DNA of 64,000 nucleotides. Source: Eledone cirrhosa (taxonomy: Eukaryota). Location: NCBI GenBank assembly GCA_964016885.1, contig OZ024741.1, positions 257,920,001 through 257,984,000 on the forward strand, written 5' to 3'. This document shows positions 55,865 through 64,000 of the stretch, piece after piece. The notes below the pieces were generated by a model, which made no database searches, had not been told where the DNA came from, and saw only the letters and a program-made list of their open reading frames with translations. The translations under genes were made by a program, and so were the position numbers. The first letter of the stretch is position 1; the number at the start of each line of letters is the position of its first letter.

Positions 55865-58800
55865 GTTTCGCTTTACGAATGTTTCGACTTACGAGTGTTT
55901 CGGCTTACGATTGTTTTGACTTACGAGATTTTTGACTTACGGGTCTTTCGACTTAGGAGTGTTTCGACTTACGAGTGTTTCGGCTTACAAGTGTTTCGTC
56001 TTACGAGTGTTTCGGCTTACGAGTGTTTTGACTTACGGGTGTTTTTGCTTACGAGTGTTTCGACTTACGAGTGTTTTGATTTACGGTGTTTCGGCTTACG
56101 AGTGTTTCGACTTACGAGTGTTTTGACTTACGGGTGTTTTGACATACGAGTGTTTCGATACGAGTGTTCTGACTTACGAGTGTTCTGACTTGCGAGTGTT
56201 CCGACTTACGAGTGTTTCGGCTTACGAGTGTTTCGACATACGAGTTTTTTAACTTACGGGTGTTTCGACTTACGTGTGTTTCGACTTACGAGTGTTTCGG
56301 CTTACGAGTGTTTCGGCTTACGAGTGTTTCGGCTCACGAGTGTTTCGACTTACGAGTGTTTCGACTTACGAGTGTTTCGACTTAAGAGTGTTTCGACTTA
56401 CGAGTGTTTCGACTTACGAGTGATTTTGCCATACGGGTGTTTCGGTTTACGAGTGTTTCGACTTACGAGTGTTCTGACTTACGAGTGTTCCGACTTACGA
56501 GTGTTTCGACTTACGAGTGTTTTGACTTACGAGTGTTCCGACCTACGAGCGTTTCGGCTTATGGGAGTTCCGACCTACGAGTGTTTCGACTTACGAGTGT
56601 TTTGACTTACGAGTGTTTCGGCTTACGAGTGTTTCGTCTTACGAGTGTTTCGACTTACGAGTGTTTTGACTTACGAGTGTTTTGACTTACGGTGTTTCGA
56701 CTTCCGAGTGTTTTGACTTACGGGTGTTTTGACATACGAGTGTTTCGATACAAGTGTTCTGACTTCCGAGTGTTTTGACTTACGAGTGTTCTGACTTACG
56801 AGTGTTCTGAATTACGAGTGTTCCGATTTACGAGTGTTTCGGCTTATGAGTGTTTCGACTTACGAATGTTTTTGCTTACGGGCGTTTCGACTTACGAATG
56901 TTTTTGCTTACGAGTGTTTCGGCTTACGAGTGATTCGACTTACGAGTGTTTTGACTTAAGGGTGTTTTGACTTACGGGTGTTGTGAATTACGAGTGTTCC
57001 GATTTACGAGTGTTTTGACTTACGGTGTTTCGGCTTACGAGTTATTCGACTTACGAATGTTTTGACTTACGGGTGTTTCGGCTTGCGAGTGTTTAGACTT
57101 ACGAGTGTTTCGGCTTATGAGTGTTTCGACTTACGTATGTTTTTGCTTACGGGTGTTTCGACTTACGAATGTTTTTGCTTACGAGTGTTTCGGCTTACGA
57201 GTGTTTCGACTTACGAAAATAACAAATAGACGCGGTTTCAAATCTCTATGCTTTTCAAATTCATTACATTAATCTTTATTTACACGTTTCGCTTTACGAG
57301 TGTTTCGACTTACGAGTGTTTCGACTTACGAGTGTTTCGACTTACGAGTGTTTCGACTTACGAGTGTTTCGACTTACGAGTGTTTCGACTTACGAGTGTT
57401 TTGACTTACGAGTGTTCTGACTTACGAGTGTTCTGACTTACGAGTGTTTCGACTTACGAGTGTTCTGACTTACGAGTGTTCTGACTTACGAGTGTTCCGA
57501 CTTACGAGTGTTTCGACTTACGAGTGTTTCGACTTACGAGTGTTTCGACTTACGAGTGTTTCGGCTTACGAGTGTTTTGACTTACGAGTGTTCTGACTAC
57601 GAGTGTTCTGACTTACGAGTGTTTCGGCTTATGAGTGTTTCGACTCACGAGTGTTTCGGCTTATGAGTGTTTCGACTTACGAGTGTTTCGGCTTACGAGT
57701 GTTTCGACTTACGAGTGTTTCGACTTACGAGTGTTTCGACTTACGGGTGTTTCGACTTACGAGTGTTTCGACTACGAGTGTTTCGACTTACGAGTGTTTC
57801 GGCTTACGAGTGTTTCGACATACGGGTGTTTCGACTTACGGTGTTTCGGCTTACGAGTGTTTCGACTTACGAGTGTTCTGACTTACGAGTGTTCTGACTT
57901 ATGAGTGTTCTGACTTACGAGTGTTCTGACTTACGAGTGTTCCGACTTACGAGTGTTTCGGCTTACGAGTGTTTCGGCTTACGAGTGTTTCGACTTACGA
58001 TTGTTTCGACTTACGAGTGTTTCGACTTACGAGTGTTTTGACTTACGGTGTTTCGGCTTACGAGTGTTTCGACTTACGAGTGTTTTGACTTACTGGTGTT
58101 TTGACATAAGAGTGTTTCGATACGAGTGTTTCGACTTACGAGTGTTCTGACTTACGAGTGTTCTGACTTACGAGTGTTCTGACTTACGAGTGTTCTAACT
58201 TACGAGTGTTCTGACTTACGAGTGTTCTGACTTACGAGTGTTCCGACTTACGAGTGTTTCGGCTCACCAGTGTTTCGGCTTACGAGTGTGTCGACTTACG
58301 AAAATAACAAATAGACGCGGTTTCAAATCTCTATGCTTTTCAAATTCATTACATTAATCTTTATTTATACGTTTCGCTTTACGAGTGTTTCGACTTACGA
58401 GTGTTTCGACTTACGAGTGTTTCGGCTTACGATTGTTTTGACTTACGAGTGTTTTGACTTACATGTGTTTCGACTTACGCGTGTTTCGACTTACGAGTGT
58501 TTCGACTTGCGAGTGTTTCGACTACGGGTGTTTCGACTTACGAATGTTTTGACTTTCGGATGTTTTGACTTACGGGTGTTTTGGCTTACGAGTGTTTCGA
58601 CTTACGAGTGTTCTGACTTACGAGTGTTCTGACTTACGGGTGTTCTGACTTACGAGTGTTCCGACTTACGAGTGTTTCGGCTTAAGAGTGTTTCGGATTA
58701 CGAGTGCTTCGACTTACGAGTGTTTCGGCTTACGAGTGTTTCGACTTACGAGTGTTCTGACTACGAGTGTTCTGACTTACGGGTGTTCTGACTTACGAGT

Positions 58801-61800
58801 GTTCCGACTTACGAGTGTTTCGACTTACGAGTGTTTCGGCTTTCGGGTGTTTAGACTTACGAGTGTTTCGGGTTACGAGTGTTTCGACTTACGAATGTTT
58901 TCGCTTACGAGTGTTTCGGCTTCCGAGTGTTTCGACTTACGAGTGTTTCGACTTACGAGTGTTTTGACTTACGGTTTTTCGGCTTGCGAGTGTTTCGACA
59001 TACGAGTGTTTTGACTTACGGGCGTTTCGACTTACGGGTGTTTCGACTTACGAGTGTTTCGACTTACGAGTGTTCTGACTTACGAGTGTTCTGACTTGCG
59101 AGTGTTCCGACTTACGAGTGTTTCGGCTTACGAGTGTTTCGACATACGAGTGTTTTGACTTACGAAAATAATAAATAGACGCGGTTTCAAATCTCTATGC
59201 TTTTCAAGTTCATTACATTAATCTTTATTTATACGTTTCGCTTTACGAATGTTTCGACTTACGAGTGTTTCGGCTTACGAGTGTTTCGACTTACGAGTGT
59301 TCTGACTACGAGTGTTCTGACTTACGGGTGCTCTGACTTATGAGTGTTTTGACTTACGAGTGTTTCTACTTACGAGTGTTTCGACTTACGGGTGTTTCGG
59401 CTTACGAGTGTTTCGACTTACGAGTGTTTTGACTTACGAATGTTTTGCCTTACGGGTGTTCCGGTTTACGAGTGTTTCGACTCACGAGTATTCTGACTTA
59501 CGAGTGTTCCGACTTACGGGCGTTTCGACTTACGAGTGTTTCGACTTACGAGTGTTCCGACTTACGAGGGTTTCGGCTTACGGGTGTTCCGACTTACGAG
59601 TATTTTCGGCTTACGAGTGTTTCGACTTACGAGTGTTTTGACTTACGGGTGTTTTGACATACGAGTGTTTCGATACGAGTGTTCTGACTTACGAGTGTTC
59701 TGACTTACGAGTGTTCTGACTTACGAGTGTTCCGACTTACGAGTGTTTCGGCTCACGAGTGTTTCGGCTTACGAGTGTTTCGACTTACGAAAATAATAGA
59801 TAGACGCGGTTTCAAATCTCTATGCTTTTCAAGTTCATTACATTAATCTTTATTTATACGTTTCGCGTTACGAATGTTTCGACTTACGAGTGTTTCGGCT
59901 TACGATTGTTTTGACTTACGAGATTTTTGACTTACGGGTCTTTCGACTTAGGAGTGTTTCGACTTACGAGTGTTTCGGCTTACAAGTGTTTCGTCTTACG
60001 AGTGTTTCGGCTTACGAGTGTTTTGACTTACGGGTGTTTTTGCTTACGAGTGTTTCGACTTACGAGTGTTTTGATTTACGGTGTTTCGGCTTACGAGTGT
60101 TTCGACTTACGAGTGTTTTGACTTACGGGTGTTTTGACATACGAGTGTTTCGATACGAGTGTTCTGACTTACGAGTGTCCTGACTTGCGAGTGTTCCGAC
60201 TTACGAGTGTTTCGGCTTACGAGTGTTTCGACATACGAGTTTTTTAACTTACGGGTGTTTCGACTTACGTGTGTTTCGACTTACGAGTGTTTCGGCTTAC
60301 GAGTGTTTCGGCTTACGAGTGTTTCGGCTCACGAGTGTTTCGACTTACGAGTGTTTCGACTTACGAGTGTTTCGACTTAAGAGTGTTTCGACTTACGAGT
60401 GTTTCGACTTACGAGTGATTTTGCCATACGGGTGTTTCGGTTTACGAGTGTTTCGACTTACGAGTGTTCTGACTTACGAGTGTTCCGACTTACGAGTGTT
60501 TCGACTTACGAGTGTTTTGACTTACGAGTGTTCCGACCTACGAGCGTTTCGGCTTATGGGAGTTCCGACCTACGAGTGTTTCGACTTACGAGTGTTTTGA
60601 CTTACGAGTGTTTCGGCTTACGAGTGTTTCGTCTTACGAGTGTTTCGACTTACGAGTGTTTTGACTTACGAGTGTTTTGACTTACGGTGTTTCGACTTCC
60701 GAGTGTTTTGACTTACGGGTGTTTTGACATACGAGTGTTTCGATACAAGTGTTCTGACTTCCGAGTGTTTTGACTTACGAGTGTTCTGACTTACGAGTGT
60801 TCTGAATTACGAGTGTTCCGATTTACGAGTGTTTCGGCTTATGAGTGTTTCGACTTACGAATGTTTTTGCTTACGGGCGTTTCGACTTACGAATGTTTTT
60901 GCTTACGAGTGTTTCGGCTTACGAGTGATTCGACTTACGAGTGTTTTGACTTAAGGGTGTTTTGACTTACGGGTGTTGTGAAATACGAGTGTTCCGATTT
61001 ACGAGTGTTTTGACTTACGGTGTTTCGGCTTACGAGTTATTCGACTTACGAATGTTTTGACTTACGGGTGTTTCGGCTTGCGAGTGTTTAGACTTACGAG
61101 TGTTTCGGCTTATGAGTGTTTCGACTTACGTATGTTTTTGCTTACGGGTGTTTCGACTTACGAATGTTTTTGCTTACGAGTGTTTCGGCTTACGAGTGTT
61201 TCGACTTACGAAAATAACAAATAGACGCGGTTTCAAATCTCTATGCTTTTCAAATTCATTACATTAATCTTTATTTACACGTTTCGCTTTACGAGTGTTT
61301 CGACTTACGAGTGTTTCGACTTACGAGTGTTTCGACTTACGAGTGTTTCGACTTACGAGTGTTTCGACTTACGAGTGTTTCGACTTACGAGTGTTTTGAC
61401 TTACGAGTGTTCTGACTTACGAGTGTTCTGACTTACGAGTGTTTCAACTTACGAGTATTCTGACTTACGAGTGTTCTGACTTACGAGTGTTCCGACTTAC
61501 GAGTGTTTCGACTTACGAGTGTTTCGACTTACGAGTGTTTCGACTTACGAGTGTTTCGGCTTACGAGTGTTTTGACTTACGAGTGTTCTGACTACGAGTG
61601 TTCTGACTTACGAGTGTTTCGGCTTATGAGTGTTTCGACTCACGAGTGTTTCGGCTTATGAGTGTTTCGACTTACGAGTGTTTCGGCTTACGAGTGTTTC
61701 GACTTACGAGTGTTTCGACTTACGAGTGTTTTGACTTACGGGTGTTTCGACTTACGAGTGTTTCGACTACGAGTGTTTCGACTTACGAGTGTTTCGGCTT

Positions 61801-64000
61801 ACGAGTGTTTCGACATACGGGTGTTTCGACTTACGGTGTTTCGGCTTACGAGTGTTTCGACTTACGAGTGTTCTGACTTACGAGTGTTCTGACTTATGAG
61901 TGTTCTGACTTACGAGTGTTCTGACTTACGAGTGTTCCGACTTACGAGTGTTTCGGCTTACGAGTGTTTCGGCTTACGAGTGTTTCGACTTACGATTGTT
62001 TCGACTTACGAGTGTTTCGACTTACGAGTGTTTTGACTTACGGTGTTTCGGCTTACGAGTGTTTCGACTTACGAGTGTTTTGACTTACTGGTGTTTTGAC
62101 ATAAGAGTGTTTCGATACGAGTGTTTCGACTTACGAGTGTTCTGACTTACGAGTGTTCTGACTTACGAGTGTTCTGAGTTACGAGTGTTCTAACTTACGA
62201 GTGTTCTGACTTACGAGTGTTCTGACTTACGAGTGTTCCGACTTACGAGTGTTTCGGCTCACCAGTGTTTCGGCTTACGAGTGTGTCGACTTACGAAAAT
62301 AACAAATAGACGCGGTTTCAAATCTCTATGCTTTTCAAATTCATTACATTAATCTTTATTTATACGTTTCGCTTTACGAGTGTTTCGACTTACGAGTGTT
62401 TCGACTTACGAGTGTTTCGGCTTACGATTGTTTTGACTTACGAGTGTTTTGACTTACATGTGTTTCGACTTACGCGTGTTTCGACTTACGAGTGTTTCGA
62501 CTTGCGAGTGTTTCGACTACGGGTGTTTCGACTTACGAATGTTTTGACTTACGGATGTTTTGACTTACGGGTGTTTTGGCTTACGAGTGTTTCGACTTAC
62601 GAGTGTTCTGACTTACGAGTGTTCTGACTTACGGGTGTTCTGACTTACGAGTGTTCCGACTTACGAGTGTTTCGGCTTAAGAGTGTTTCGGATTACGAGT
62701 GCTTCGACTTACGAGTGTTTCGGCTTACGAGTGTTTCGACTTACGAGTGTTCTGACTACGAGTGTTCTGACTTACGGGTGTTCTGACTTACGAGTGTTCC
62801 GACTTACGAGTGTTTCGACTTACGAGTGTTTCGGCTTTCGGGTGTTTAGACTTACGAGTGTTTCGGGTTACGAGTGTTTCGACTTACGAATGTTTTCGCT
62901 TACGAGTGTTTCGGCTTCCGAGTGTTTCGACTTACGAGTGTTTCGACTTACGAGTGTTTTGACTTACGGTTTTTCGGCTTGCGAGTGTTTCGACATACGA
63001 GTGTTTTGACTTACGGGCGTTTCGACTTACGGGTGTTTCGACTTACGAGTGTTTCGACTTACGAGTGTTCTGACTTACGAGTGTTCTGACTTGCGAGTGT
63101 TCCGACTTACGAGTGTTTCGGCTTACGAGTGTTTCGACATACGAGTGTTTTGACTTACGAAAATAATAAATAGACGCGGTTTCAAATCTCTATGCTTTTC
63201 AAGTTCATTACATTAATCTTTATTTATACGTTTCGCTTTACGAATGTTTCGACTTACGAGTGTTTCGGCTTACGAGTGTTTCGACTTACGAGTGTTCTGA
63301 CTACGAGTGTTCTGACTTACGGGTGCTCTGACTTATGAGTGTTTTGACTTACGAGTGTTTCTACTTACGAGTGTTTCGACTTACGGGTGTTTCGGCTTAC
63401 GAGTGTTTCGACTTACGAGTGTTTTGACTTACGAATGTTTTGCCTTACGGGTGTTCCGGTTTACGAGTGTTTCGACTCACGAGTATTCTGACTTACGAGT
63501 GTTCCGACTTACGGGCGTTTCGACTTACGAGTGTTTCGACTTACGAGTGTTCCGACTTACGAGGGTTTCGGCTTACGGGTGTTCCGACTTACGAGTATTT
63601 TCGGCTTACGAGTGTTTCGACTTACGAGTGTTTTGACTTACGGGTGTTTTGACATACGAGTGTTTCGATACGAGTGTTCTGACTTACGAGTGTTCTGACT
63701 TACGAGTGTTCTGACTTACGAGTGTTTCGACTTACGAGTGTTTCGGCTCACGAGTGTTTCGGCTTACGAGTGTTTCGACTTACGAAAATAATAGATAGAC
63801 GCGGTTTCAAATCTCTATGCTTTTCAAGTTCATTACATTAATCTTTATTTATACGTTTCGCTTTACGAATGTTTCGACTTACGAGTGTTTCGGCTTACGA
63901 TTGTTTTGACTTACGAGATTTTTGACTTACGGGTCTTTCGACTTAGGAGTGTTTCGACTTACGAGTGTTTCGGCTTACAAGTGTTTCGTCTTACGAGTGT

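Larger units (their letters stand above)
523..63854 (+). repeat. Family of 54 interspersed 69-bp AT-rich elements embedded in the satellite
   Basis: Starts (end = start+68): 523, 1226, 2888, 5901, 6540, 10162, 10801, 12894, 13374, 13996, 15610, 16313, 17768, 20318, 21021, 22857, 23544, 25206, 28108, 28747, 30872, 31352, 31991, 34148, 34692, 36817, 37297, 37936, 40093, 40637, 42762, 43337, 44343, 44791, 45446, 46677, 47252, 48337, 48785, 49440, 51240, 51688, 52327, 54307, 55171, 55796, 57217, 58302, 59166, 59791, 61212, 62297, 63161, 63786. All share one orientation and lie between ...GACTTACGA and GTTTCGCTTTACGA... (a few single-base flank variants). Many coincide with the MLFKFITLIFIYTFRF ORFs. 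Confidence 0.97.
1..64000 (+). repeat. 16-bp tandem satellite array, consensus TTCGACTTACGAGTGT, roughly 3,700-3,800 monomers, running off both ends of the window
   Basis: Directly visible throughout, e.g. pure consensus runs at ~43420-43515 and ~57300-57395. Recurrent variants: TTTGAC, TCTGAC, TCCGAC, TTCGGC, TACGGG, TATGAG, TACGAA, plus 14/15/17-bp indel monomers (GATACGAG, GACTACGAG, TTACGGTG, GTATTTTGGGC). No inverted segment seen. Copy number is estimated from length divided by 16 after removing the interspersed elements. Confidence 0.99.
54400..64000 (+). repeat. 3,995-bp higher-order repeat (at least 2.4 copies, truncated by the window end), element order A-C-D-B
   Basis: Constant offset 3995: 54338/58333/62328, 54693/58688/62683, 55365/59360/63355, 55895/59890, 57248/61243. 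Confidence 0.95.

Noticed and set aside
45-63652. Hundreds of 60-162 aa plus-strand ORFs as protein-coding genes
   Set aside because: They overlap in all three frames with the same peptide, are broken by frameshifting 14/15/17-bp monomers and stops, and show no recognisable domain. The repeat fully explains them.
523-63854. CRISPR array (repeat/spacer appearance; GTTTCAAATC start resembles some CRISPR repeats)
   Set aside because: There are no unique spacers, the interspersed element is invariant, spacing is 0.45-3.6 kb, and no cas genes or leader are present.
1-64000. Telomerase-synthesised telomeric repeat or G-quadruplex array
   Set aside because: The consensus has no G-runs. Multi-kb copied variant patterns and embedded elements indicate recombinational amplification, not templated addition.
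1-64000. Pure sequencing or assembly artefact
   Set aside because: Hierarchically shared variants and copy-specific SNPs look biological. Individual duplications still need read support.

Overview
The whole 64-kb window is one head-to-tail satellite DNA array in a single orientation. Its monomer is 16 bp (consensus TTCGACTTACGAGTGT, ~44% GC, two CpGs, one TaqI site) with a limited set of recurring variants. By manual count, the array is interrupted 54 times by a near-invariant 69-bp, ~75% AT element (AAATAACAAATAGACGCGGTTTCAAATCTCTATGCTTTTCAAATTCATTACATTAATCTTTATTTAYAC) that always sits at the same monomer position. Diagnostic variants and ORF-track offsets show nested higher-order repeats and duplications with periods of about 2.5, 2.9, 3.9-4.0, 4.2 and 5.9 kb, plus long-range copies 7.4, 14.9 and 22.3 kb apart. 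A more diverged 3,995-bp repeat domain begins near 54.4 kb. I find no credible genes, RNAs, CRISPR array or intact mobile element. All ORFs are artefacts of a monomer that is stop-free on + and contains TAA on -. The architecture suggests eukaryotic heterochromatin (centromeric, pericentromeric or subtelomeric), but the organism and function cannot be determined from the sequence. The most interesting lead is that the monomer resembles pogo/Tigger transposon terminal motifs and has CENP-B-box-like paired CpG half-sites. Duplication boundaries are approximate because they were read by eye.
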